64,000 nt of DNA from Cyanophora paradoxa CCMP329 (lineage: Eukaryota; Plantae; Glaucophyta). Under the pieces are notes generated by a model. That model did no database searches, had not been told where the DNA came from, and saw nothing but the letters and a program-made list of their open reading frames with translations. The first letter of the stretch is position 1. Every line of letters starts with the position of its first letter. The position numbers and the translations under genes were made by a program. This document shows, piece after piece, positions 38,704 to 50,400 of the stretch. The stretch is from contig QPMI01000428.1 of NCBI GenBank assembly GCA_004431415.1, positions 372,001 to 436,000 on the forward strand, read 5' to 3'.

Positions 38704-39760
38704 TTTCTCTTGCACCTGTGGCACCCGATTTGCCTCCGCAGCGGCCCTCCAGGCCCACTCCGACGCCAGACGGGGAAAGTGCCCCGCTCGCCCGGAGACC
38801 ACCTCATACTCTAGACCTGCCTCCCAACCTGCTGCACCCCCAACGCAGCCTTCCCACAAGAACCCCGACAATGGCACCCTGCCCGCTTTGCCCGCGGGCC
38901 CTACGTCCGCTACTCAACCTTCCAAGCGCCCCGCCCCAACGCCCCCCCTGGCCCCTCCCTCGAAACGAACTCGCCCGTCGCCTGCCTCACGCAAACGGAC
39001 AACCGATACTCCCCCCGCCCCGGCACCCAAACGCCCGCGCCCCATGACCCCTCCCCTTCCCGCCTCTGCACCCGCCCCACCCGCACCTACGGCGAAAAGA
39101 AAGGCAGCCGGTCGCAAGACCCCCAAGCGCGGGACCAAGAAAGCGCGAACGGGGTCGATACCCGCTGGACAACCCACAATCACGTCCCTCTTCGCACCTG
39201 GAGTGTACAAACCACTAACGACGCTTCAAGTAGCCGACTCTCCCCCCCCCTCCTCGCTTCAGCCGGCCCCCCCGACCGGGACCCCACACGATGCCGCCCC
39301 GCCGCCCCCTACGGTCCCTCCCCCAGCCCCAACCGACTCACAAGTGTCGAACCCCTCGTTGACTCCGGCCACCCCTATGGCTTCGGCCCCCCCACCGGCT
39401 TCGGCCCCCCCCTCGGCTTCGGCCACCCCATCGGCTTCGGCCCCCCCCCCGGCTTCGGCCACCCCATCGGCCTCGGCCACCCCTCTGGCTTCGGCCACCC
39501 TCCCTACTCAGACCGACCCCTCGCGACCCCTCGCGACCCGCCTCGTCTCCGCACTCCCCGCTCTCTGCGCCGCCTGTCAGTGCCCACGCTCACTCCACTC
39601 TGCCGTCCCGGCACCGCTCCCTGCCCTGCCCCGCATCCGCTGCCCACCCCCTACCGCTGCCTCCGCCCACTCCCTCTCCTTCCTCATATCTTCCTCCTAC
39701 CACCTTCTTCACCTCGACAGCACGGGACACCGATTAATCGGGGTCCTGGGGCGCAGGTGA
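38693..39760 (+). CDS. extra LINE-internal ORF (355 aa): N-terminal zinc finger, basic patch, PIP-box-like motif, Pro-rich repeats
   Basis: ATG 38693 overlaps the pol stop (38701-38703). Contains CTCGTRFASAAALQAHSDARRGKC, KRKAAGRKTPKRGTKKAR, QPTITSLF, seven 18-nt repeats (39379-39504) and CAACQCPRSLH. Confidence 0.55.
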   Translation: MTSDFSCTCGTRFASAAALQAHSDARRGKCPARPETTSYSRPASQPAAPPTQPSHKNPDNGTLPALPAGPTSATQPSKRPAPTPPLAPPSKRTRPSPASRKRTTDTPPAPAPKRPRPMTPPLPASAPAPPAPTAKRKAAGRKTPKRGTKKARTGSIPAGQPTITSLFAPGVYKPLTTLQVADSPPPSSLQPAPPTGTPHDAAPPPPTVPPPAPTDSQVSNPSLTPATPMASAPPPASAPPSASATPSASAPPPASATPSASATPLASATLPTQTDPSRPLATRLVSALPALCAACQCPRSLHSAVPAPLPALPRIRCPPPTAASAHSLSFLISSSYHLLHLDSTGHRLIGVLGRR

Positions 39761-41480
39761 GGAGGAGGGAGGAGGCAGAGTGAGGAGGAGGAGGGGTGGC
39801 GGAGCGGCGGCAAGGGAGGGCGGCGGACTGCGAGACATTTCACTTCCAGGGCTCATGAGGGATGGAGGAGTTGATCAAGGGGTGGGCGCGCGGGTCTGGT
39901 TACGGCTATCACCGAAAACCATGGCTCCCCCACTCAGGCGAACCTCCCATATTGAGCGACCCATGGCCGGCACCTCGCTAGCATCTTCGGCTAGATAGAT
40001 GACCGGTCGGAAGGGCGCGTCACGTAGAACATTGATACATGTGCCGTGGTGTATCAATGCGACGTCCACTTTTGCAAAAAAAAAGCACGGCTGCCGTACG
40101 CATTATGATCATGATCAGGATCGAATTTCGGTAATACGAATCCAAAAAAAGGCGGACCCTCGTGGCGACTGGCGCAGGCCTGCGCAGCGATGTACTGAGC
40201 GCTTCCGCAAGCTTCCGCTGCGCGTAGACTATAATTATGAGCGCCGTGGCATCGAAAATAGCGAGATCGGATGAGGTTATGATTAGTGCGCCGCGGCGTC
40301 GAAAATGAAGGCTTCTGCGCTTCTCCGCAGGCTTCTGCGCTTTCAAGGCACCTCCGCAGAAAATGGGGCCCGGGCCTGTTACGGCAGGGGTGATTCCTAG
40401 CCAAATCCGGCGCCGAGCTAGTCTGAGACGTTCCGGCTACGTCGGAGGATGCTCGCCTTACGTGACAGGCCTCAGCTGCAGCCCGCAGGCTGCAGGCCTA
40501 GGGGGCCGGCCGGGCAGCCGGAGCCTGCGGCGGGGCGTCTCCGCGTCGTCGTCGGAGGAGGCTTTGCCGGCACATCCAGACGCACCCGCGCAGGACCGCA
40601 CGCGCGACGGGCGCCAGTCTTGACTTGCAGGCGCGCGCGCCGCGCTCGGCCATATTATGGTGCCCTGCACAGAGCCCGCCGCGCGTGCGCAAGCGCCTGC
40701 GGCGGGAAGCGTTCGATCAGATCTAGAAACCGCGCGTGCGGTCGGATGTCGTTGCAATTGCGGAGGCGCACCGGACGCCGCGGCGGGCCGGCCGCGGGCC
40801 GCGAAGCAGCACCCCGTGGCAGAGGCCGGCTAGGCCAAGGCGCTGCGGCGGGGGCCCGGGTCTGCGGGACGATCAGAAATTAAATTAAACCACATGTACA
40901 TGTACATGTACAAGGGCGCGCGAGTGCGGAGCGAGGGAAACGAACCCCTGGCCTCGCGCCTGCGTCCCCTTCTCATTTGCGCTGATCATGATCATGAGCT
41001 GTCTCTTCCTCGCTTCACGGTTGGCTTACTCCCTTCCGCCTGCCAGCGCGCGCGCGTCCGCGGCCGAGCGGAACTCCAACCCGCCAGACGCGCTACGTGT
41101 ACGGATGAACATCGCATGGCTGCAAGGCGCTCCGAGCGCAGCGCTGGAGGGCGCTTCGTCATCGCGCGGGCGGGACCGTCCGGCTCGCCGCGCCGCTCGA
41201 GGTGACGCTCAGGCACGCTCTACGAACGCTGGAGCGCGTCCGGCGAGCACGCTCTCCGACGCTCTCCGAATCCTGTGCTCGCTGGAGCGCGGGTCGCCCG
41301 ATTCGAGCGACCCAGTGCAACGATCCGACGACCCGAGGCATCAGAGCCTGTGCAAACACGCCCAACACTTGCTAGGGCAAGTTGCCGATGAGCCAACCGG
41401 GGTAGAGGAGCGCCGGGCAGTAAAAAAAAGCGGCGAGGTCCATAAGGAACAGCGAGGGAGGCCAGCGAGCGTACGACGCG

Positions 41481-44400
41481 ATGCTTGCGGTGGTCGGAGG
41501 TCGTCCGATTGCGGATCGGGCGCTCCGGTTCAGGCCGCGGCGAATCGCATCATCCCCGCCCATCGGGCATCGGGGACTGGGCGATGCGGCGCGCCCGGTC
41601 TCCTCGGCGACCTCTCGTCGGGCGCGGGTGCCTGCCCTGTCGTGCCGCCCCAGGCCGCTGCCACCGCTCGCGAGCGGCGGCCTGCGCGCGCCGCTTCGTC
41701 GGTCTCTGAGCGCTGGGAGCGATGCGGAGCCGCCGGCGGGCCTCCTGGACGTGAAAGGGAGGCACCGGAAGCCGCACACGAAGGTGGACGCGGAGCTCAG
41801 CGGCTCCTCCGTCTCGCTGGAGGTGGGCGCCGTGGCGCTCCTCGCGGACGGCGCGTGCGTGGCGAAGCAGGGCGGCACGACAGTGCTCGTCACCGTCTGC
41901 TCCGACATCGCGTCGGCTGGCGAAGCGGACTTCATGCCGCTCTCGGTGACTCCCAAGCGACCCGACCCCGCCCCGGCGCCTACGCCTTCCCCCTCTCACG
42001 CCCGCCGCCGCGCACTCAGGTCGACTACTTCGAGAAGGCATTCGCGGTGGGCAAGATCCCGAGCACGTGGCTGCGGCGGGAGGGCGCGACGAGCGAGAAG
42101 GAGACGCTCTCCGCGCGCCTTGTGGACCGCTCCATCCGCCCGCTCTTCCCGGAGGGCTACAGCTGCGACACGCAGGTGCGCGCGCGTTCCGCTGCGCCGC
42201 AGCTCTGCCTGGCGGCGCCCTCCGAGATGATCGACCCGACCCGATGGATCGCAGGTCATCTGCACGGCGCTGAGCGCGGACGGCGAGTTCGATCCCGACG
42301 TGCTCGCTCTGAACGCGGCGTCTGCGGCCATAGTAACCTCCGATGTGCCGTGGGACGGCCCAGTCGCCGCGTGCGCACCGCCGCCCGCCCCGCGCCCGCC
42401 CCGCCCCCGCGCTCGCCCACCGATCGACGGCGCCCTCCGCCTGCAGCGTGCGCGTGGGGCGGGTGGATGGCAAACTCGTCGCGAACCCGACGCACGAGCA
42501 GATGGAATCGTCGGATCTCAATCTCGTGTGCGCGTCCCCCGCCGCTTCCCCCCCCCCCCCGTCCCCCCCCCCGGCTGAGATTCGGTACCCCATGCAGGTA
42601 CGCTGGCACGCGCCACCGCTGCATGATGGTCGAGGTGCGCGCTTGAACCCACCCTCGCCGCTTCTCCCCCCCGTGCCCACCCGTACCCCCCTTCCGCAGG
42701 CCGGGGCGAAGGCCGTACCCGAGGATGCCTTCGTCGAGGCGCTCCGGTTCGCCCACGAATCCATCCAGGTTCGCCGTACCCCCCCGCGCCTTCATCCCCC
42801 TTACTCGCCTTCCTGACGACGTACCCCCAGCCCCTTCTGGACGCGATGGACGACCTGCAGCAGCGGGTCGGTACCCCCAAGCGGCCCTTTGCGGTGGATC
42901 AGCCCCCCCCGGAGCTCTGGGCCGCCGCCGCGAGTCTGTAGCCCCCTCTACCGCGAGGTGCGGACGCAGCGTACCCCCAGCTTGCCCCCCCCCCCCGAGA
43001 CTTACCCTCCCTCCCCCCCGGACAGGCCTTCACGAAGCACGGTAGCCCCAAGCAGACGAGGGGGGAGGCCCAGTGGCGGGCAGCGACCCTCGCCACGCAG
43101 GCGCGCCCCGTGTACCCCCTGCCCCCCGGATCCCTCGACTGAGTTCGGCGTACCCCCGCCCCACAGGACCTAACGACGCGCTTCGCGAACGCGTCTCCGG
43201 CTCACATCCGCGCCGTCGTCGAGGCACGTACCCCTCCCCCTTTCGCCTCCTTCCTTCCTAAACTGAGCCGCACCCCCCTCTTCCCCCCCACCTTCTCCCC
43301 CCCCCCTCAGGGAGTGGCGGAGGAGGTGATTCGGGGCCTGATACTGGACGAGGGCCGCCGCGTGGACGGCCGGGCACTCGACGAGGTGCGCTGAGAAGCT
43401 TTGGATAGCGCCTGCCGTCTTCCCCTCGTCCCGCCCCCCTTCCCCTCTCCTGTAAACGCGGCTAACGCGGCGCTCGGCCCCTTAGGTGCGGCCGCTGACG
43501 ATGGAGGCCGGCATTCTCCCCGTCGTCCACGGCTCGGCCCTCTTCGCCCGCGGCGAGACCCAGGCCCGCCCCGCCCCGCCCCCGCCACGCCCACGCCCAT
43601 AAAAGCGTCTAGTGCAAGGCTCTCAGCTTAGCAGCTGAGCAGCGCGGCCCTCCTCTCCCCCTCCTCCTCCTCCCTTCCCCTCCTTTCCCCCTCTCTTCTG
43701 ACCCCCGCTCGGGCCCCCCGCAGGTGGTGTGCGTGACGACGCTGGGGAGCCCTGAGATGGCCCAGGCGAGCCACCCCCTCCCTCCCCCCCTCCCCGCCCC
43801 TCCTGACCTCCTCCCCCACCCCCTCCTCCCTCCTGACCTCTCTCCCCCTCCCCCCTCCTGACGCCCCCCTCCTGACCTCCCCCACCCCCCCCCCCCCCCA
43901 GACGCTGGAGGCGTTCACGGGGGGGCCCGATGAGAAGCGCTTCATGGTCCACTACAGGTCCGCCTCCTTGGCTCCCAGATCCTAGCTTCCAAGCCGCCGG
44001 CTGCCGGGCTATTAGAGGGACGGCCTAAAGGACTTCATGGTCCACTACAGGCTCGGACTTCCCTTTTTCCCCTCCCTTTCTCCCCTCCTAGCCCCGTGCC
44101 CCTCCAAATCCTAGCTTCCAGCCGCCCCAGCTGCTAGCTGCCTTCTTCTAGCTAGCTGCCTCTAGCTGCTCTCCCCCGGGCGCAGCTTTCCCTGGCTCCC
44201 CTCCTAGCTCCTAAAGAATAGAAGCTCTTCGAGCGAAGCCGCCGGCTCCCCCGCTCCCCCCGTGCCCCTCCCTCCAGGCTGACGCCCTGTCTCGTCGCCC
44301 GCGCGCAGCTTCCCGCCGTACGCGACGAACGGGACGGGGCGGGTGGGCGGGCGCGCCGGCCGCCGCGAGGTCGGCCACGGTGCGCCGCCCCCCCACCGCC

Positions 44401-47400
44401 GTCCCCCCTCGCGCCCGGCCCGGCCCGCCCGGCTCCGCCCGCCCGCGCTGACGGCGCGGCACAGGGGCCCTCGCGGAGCGATCCATCCTCCCCGTCCTCC
44501 CGGTACCCCGCCCCCGCCCCGCCCCACCCCGCCCCACCCTCCAGCGCCGACCCCTCCTCCCCCCCCGCAGAGCGACGCGGCGTTCCCGTACGCGATCCGC
44601 GTCAACTCGGAGGTCACCATGTCCGACGGCTCCGTGCGCCCGCCCCCGCGCCCGCCCCCGCCCTGCCACGGTGTAGGATCATAAATCCGCCACGCCCCCC
44701 ACGGCTCATAAATCCAACAAGCGGGTCGAATATCTATGCTGTTGATTAGTAGAGCTTCAACTCTTTCCCTGGGCTTTAACTACTGCCCCCGCCCCCCGCC
44801 ATGCCACGGTTTAGGATGAAGGATGCGCGTGAAAGATGGGACATGACATGATAGAAGAGCTTCAATCTTTTCCACGCCAGCTTTCTAGGCTTGATCTTTG
44901 GAGGAAAGGGAGGCGGGATGCGGCTCGCCCGCCCCGCTTTTTGGACAACCTCCGTACACACCGTTCCGCCCGCGCTTTCCGCCGCCGCGGCGCCCCCGCG
45001 GCCCGCGGCGCCGCCGGGCGGCCCTAGAGACACTCTTATCTAGATTTCACGCTTTGTTCTCCCTAGGCTTGATCTTTGGAGGAAAGGGAGGCGGGATGCG
45101 GCTCGCCCGCCCCGCTTTTTGGACAACCTCCGTACACACCGTTCCGCCCGCGCTTTCCGCCGCCGCGGCGCCCCCGCGGCCCGCGGCGCCGCCGGGCGGC
45201 CCTAGAGACACTCTTATCTAGATTTCACGCTTTGTTCTCCCTAGGCTTGATCTTTGGAGGAAAGGGAGGCGGGATGCGGCTCGCCCGCCCCGCTTTTTGG
45301 ACAACCTCCGTACACACCGTCCCGCCCGCGCTTTCCGCCGCCGCGGCTGCCCTCGCGGCCCGCGGCGCCGCCGGGCGGCCCTAGAGACAATCCGTCTAGA
45401 CCCCACACGCCAGCTTTCTAGGCTTGCTCTTTGGAGGAAAGGGAGGCGGGATGCGGCTCGCCCGCCCCGCTTTTTGGACAACCTCCGCACAACATGTTCC
45501 GCCCGCGCTTTCCGCCGCCGCGGCTGCCCTCGCGGCCCGCGGCGCCGCCGGGCGGCCCTAGAGACAATCCGTCTAGACCCCACACGCCAGCTTTCTAGGC
45601 TTGCTCTTTGGAGGAAAGGGAGGCGGGATGCGGCTCGCCCGCCCCGCTTTTTGGACAACCTCCGCACAACGTGTTCCGCCCGCGCTTTCCGCCGCCGCGG
45701 CTGCCCTCGCGGCCCGCGGCGCCGCCGGGCGGCCCTAGAGACAATCCGTCTAGACCCCACACGCCAGCTTTCTAGGCTTGCTCTTTGGAGGAAAGGGAGG
45801 CGGGATGCGGCTCGCCCGCCCCGCTTTTTGGACAACCTCCGCACAACATGTTCCGCCCGCGCTTTCCGCCGCCGCGGCTGCCCTCGCGGCCCGCGGCGCC
45901 GCCGGGCGGCCCTAGAGACAATCCGTCTAGACCCCACACGCCAGCTTTCTAGGCTTGCTCTTTGGAGGAAAGGGAGGCGGGATGCGGCTCGCCCGCCCCG
46001 CTTTTTGGACAACCTCCGTACACACCGTTCCGCCCGCGCTTTCCGCCGCCGCGGCTGCCCTCGCGGCCCGCGGCGCCGCCGGGCGGCCCTAGAGACAATC
46101 CGTCTAGACCCCACACGCCAGCTTTCTAGGCTTGCTCTTTGGAGGAAAGGGAGGCGGGATGCGGCTCGCCCGCCCCGCTTTTTGGACAACCTCCGCACAA
46201 CGTGTTCCGCCCGCGCTTTCCGCCCCCGCGGCGCCCCCGCGGCCCGCGGCGCCGCCGGGCGGCCCGATAGACACTTATCTAGATTTCACGCCTCGTTTTT
46301 CCTAGGCTTGATCTTTGGAGGAAAGGGAGGCGGGATGCGGCTCGCCCGCCCCGCTTTTTGGACAACCTTCGTACAACGTGTTCCGCCCGCGCTTTCCGCC
46401 GCCGCGGCTGCCCTCGCGGCCCGCGGCGCCGCCGGGCGGCCCTAGAGACAGACCCGCCGCCTAGATCCAGACCCTCCTCGAAACCTCGGATCCTTCCTCT
46501 AATCTCGGCGAAGGAGCCTCTCAACCTCCAATCCTGATCCCCTCGCCGCGCGCGCAACGCAGAGCTCGATGGCGACGGTGGTGGGAGGCTCCCTCGCACT
46601 CCTCGACGCCGGCGTCCCCATCGAGGTGCGCGCCCGCGCCCCGCCCCGCCCCGCCCCGCCCCGCCCCGCCCGACTAGCAATGTCCTATCTTTCTTCTCCG
46701 TGCGTCTTCTCACGCCACGCGCTCGTCGAGGCCCGCCCCGCCCCGCCCCGCCCAGAGCGTAGATCCCCGTTGAGAGCCTGAGAAGTCTAAGAAGTGTCGA
46801 CTCTACTTTAGCTTCGCCCCGCCTCGACCCGCCTCACCGCCGCGCCCCCTCACGCCGCGCGCGCCGCCTCGCGCGCAGGCGCCGGTGGCGGGTGTGTCGG
46901 TGGGGCTGGTGGCGCGGCGGGAGGCGGGGACGGGCGAGGTCCTCGACTACCGCCTCCTCACCGACATCCTCGTGCGCCCCTTAGCGTGGAAGCTTGTAGG
47001 AAGCTATTAGAGAACAGAGACGACGGGAAGCTTAAGAAACTCAAGGAGCTCTTATGCTCTTGAGAACGCCCCGAAGCTGTAGAGGCTCTTAGCTTGTAAA
47101 AGCTCTTATCTCTTAGCTCTTAGCTCCTAAGCTCCTTAACGCCCTCCTCACCGACATCCTCGTGCGCCCCGCCCCGCCCGCCTCGCCCCGGCCCGGCCGC
47201 GCTCTTCTAGCTCCCCAGCCTAGAACTCGTAGAATCTGAAGTTGACCGAAGCTCTAGAACGCCCTCGTGGAAGCTCTGAGAAAGAAGCTAGCACCGCCCC
47301 CGCCTGCGGCCGACCGCCCTAGCATCTAAAGGTAGAACCTTGAGAAGCTCTAGAACCTTTTACCGCCTCTCACCGCCCCCCGCTCCCCGCGCGCAGGGCG

Positions 47401-50400
47401 TAAGAGCCTCTAAGTTTATCTTCTTAGAAGTGGTCCTCCTTAGAAATTTATCTTCTTAGAAGTGGTTCTTAGAAGAAGGCTCTAACTCTGTTGCGCGCAG
47501 GGCGTGGAGGACCACTTTGGGGACATGGACTTCAAGATGGCGGGCACCGCCGCCGGCCTCACCGGCGTCCAGGTGCCCCCCCTCCTGCCACCCGGCCCGT
47601 CAGTTGTATAGAGTTCGAAGCTAGGAGCTAGGAGCTAGCTAGGCGTCCAGGTGCCCCCCGCCCCGCACACCCGGCCCCCGCCCCGCCCCGCCCCGCCCCC
47701 CGCCCCGCCCCGGCTTCCCTGTCTTATTGGTGCTGCCTCGCCTGCCTGACTCTCCGGCATGTCCCGCCCACGTCTAGAGGATCCTAGACGACCTCGAAGC
47801 CTGAGAATCAGCCTAAAAAGTCAGCAGCCCTAAAGCTAAGCTCAGCCAAGCCGAGCTAAGCGAACTCTGCTGACGGCTGAAGTTTCAGTCAGCGTAGCTC
47901 ACCCGCGTCCTTGAAACTCAGAAGCTTAGCTCCCGTCTCTTCTTTAGCTTCTGGGCGCCCGCGCCCCGCCCCCCGCCTAGCCGTAAACTAGTCTCAACTA
48001 GACGCTGAAGTCTAGCAATCGGCGGAGCTCTCGTCCCGCCCCGCCCGAAGCCTAAGAAGCAGACTCGGATTCGTTTCAGCTCAAGTTAACTAACTCTTGT
48101 CTGCGTGCAGCTGGACGTGAAGGTGCCCGGGCTCCCGCTGGACGTGCTCGCCGAGGCGGTTGCCGCGGGGCGGCGCGCGCGACTGCACATCCTCGCCGCC
48201 GTCGGCGACGTCTTCCCCGAGCGCCGCGGCCTCCGCGACTCCGCCCCCCGCGTCGGTGCGCCCTTTTGAGACTCCTACTTCTTAGAAGTCTTCTCTTCTT
48301 AAAGACTACGCACGCTCGCTCGCTTAAGAGAACGATCGATTCTTTTCTCATAGTCTCTTGTTTTCTGTTTGGTGGGCCTTGCCAATCAGGCCGGCCAAGA
48401 TGTGCCGGGTACTGTGACCGAGGGGCGCTAGATTTTTCCCAAAGAAAGCATTATACCCTCTATCTCCTGCTGTCTCGTGTTCGCTCGCCCCTAGCTTTAG
48501 TACACGTTACGTATCATTTCCATTTCTTTGGGCCTGGCCAATCAGGCCGGCGAAGACGTGCCGGGTACTGTGACCGAGGGGCCCTAGATTTCTCGGTCCA
48601 TTCGAACCCCCCACCGCTTCCCCCTCTCCTTCCTTCCTCCCCCCTCGCTCCCCCCTCCTCCCCCTCCCCTTCCTCCCTCTACCCCCCCGCCCCGCACCTC
48701 TCACGCCCTCCCCCTCACGCGCAGAGCGGGTGCCGATCGACCCGGAGCGCAAGGGGAGCCTCATCGGTCCCCAGGTCGGCCGCCCCCCGCCCGCCCCGTA
48801 CCCTGCCCCGCCGGCCCCGCCGGGCCCCCGCCTAGAGGCTTGGAGGCTAGAGGCCCCCGCCCCGCCCCGCCCCGCCCCCTCTCCCCGGTCTCCTCGGATC
48901 GGCATACTGACTTCTCTTCCTTCTCGGGGCGCAGGGCTCCAACATCCGCCGCATCGTCGCCGAGTCCGGTGCGCGCGCCCCGCCCCGCCCCGCCCCCCCC
49001 CCCCCCCTCCCCCCCCTTCCCCCCCCCCTTCCCCCCCCCTCCTTCCCCCTCCCTCTCCCGCCCCCCAAATGGCGAGGAGCCGATGGAACTAATCTGACCC
49101 TGGCGGCCGCAGGGGCGGAGGTGACGCTGGAGGGAGCGAGGCCCTCATCTTCGCCACCTCCCAGGTCCGTCCGTCCGCGGCCTTCGCCCCCACACCGCCC
49201 CGCCCTCCAGGCGCCGGTCCGCCGACGCCGGCCCGCGCCGCGCCGCGCCGCCCCGCTCCGCCCCGCCCCGCCCGCGAGACCCGCAATCTGGATCTGGATC
49301 TGATCTGCGCCTGATGCAGGCGTCGATGGACGCGGCGCGGCGGATAGGTCTAGATCCTCGCCTCTTCGACGCCTAGCTCTAGCTCTAGCTCTCCTGGCCC
49401 ATCTTCCTAGCTCTCCTGGCCCATCTATCGCTCCCTTGGCCCCGCCCGGACTTCGGACTGACGCTCGGCCCCGCCCCCGCTCAGGCGTCGATGGATGCGG
49501 CGCGGCGGATGGTCCTCGCCGACGCCGGCGCCATCGACCCCGTGCGGCCCCGCTCCCCGCCCCGCCCAGCTATAGAGACCGATCCAGATCTCCTCTCCTC
49601 TCCCGCCCCGCCCCGCTTCCGTAGAGCAGCGCTTAGAAGCTTAGAAACGCTTAGAAGCGCTAGAAGCGCCATCGACCCCGTGCGCCCCCCTCGCCCCGCC
49701 CCGCCCCGCCCCGCCCCGCCCCTCCGCCCCGCTTCCGTAGAGCAGCGCCTAGCGCTTCCTCTCAGCGTGCGCTGAGCGCTTAGCGCTAAGAGAGCCCAAC
49801 GCCGGCCGCCCGGCTCTGCTTCCCGCCCTCTGCCTCTGCTTCCCTAGAGCAGCTCTCAGCCCCCCCAGCTCAGCTTCGCCCCTCGTACCAGCTTTGCCTT
49901 CCCTCCCTCCGCCTCTGCCCCTCACCTCCGCCGCCCCGCAGAGCGCGGTGCACGCGGCGCGGGTGCGGGAGGTGAAGGACTCGATGGGGGCCGTCGTCGA
50001 GCTCCTCCAGTACGGCCGCGAGGCCTGGCTCGTGCGCAAGCCCCCCGCCCGCACACCGCTCGATCGTTTATGCGCACCGCCCGGGCCCTCCTCCGCCCCT
50101 GCTTTATGTTCCCGCCCGCCGAAAGGACGCCCCCCCCCGCACACCGCTCATCCTTAGATCTTCTTAGATAGCGCCAGCCCGCTCGCCCCGCCCATGATGT
50201 GTCTCCTCGGACCCTCTTCCTCCCCGCCTTCACCTGCCCTCTCCGCCCATTCTTCGCTTCCTTGCGCGCCGCCCCCGCCTGCCCCCCGCCCACCCCCACC
50301 CTTAGACTCCGCCCCCTCCTTCCGCCCTCCGTGCTCCGCGCTCTGACGAACGCGGGCGGGGCCGCAGCACATCTCCGAGGTCCACCACACGCGCATCGGG

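Larger units (their letters stand above)
36917..40084 (+). mobile_element. 5'-truncated non-LTR retrotransposon (LINE), 3168 bp
   Basis: 17-bp TSD GCACGGCTGCCGTACGC at 36900-36916 and 40085-40101. A9 tail at 40076-40084, pol C-terminal motifs inside, strongly C-rich sense strand. Confidence 0.9.

Noticed and set aside
44875-46449. CRISPR array, or the 382-aa and 326-aa ORFs over the repeat
   Set aside because: Contiguous ~177-bp units with no unique spacers, located in an intron. The ORFs arise because 177 is a multiple of 3.
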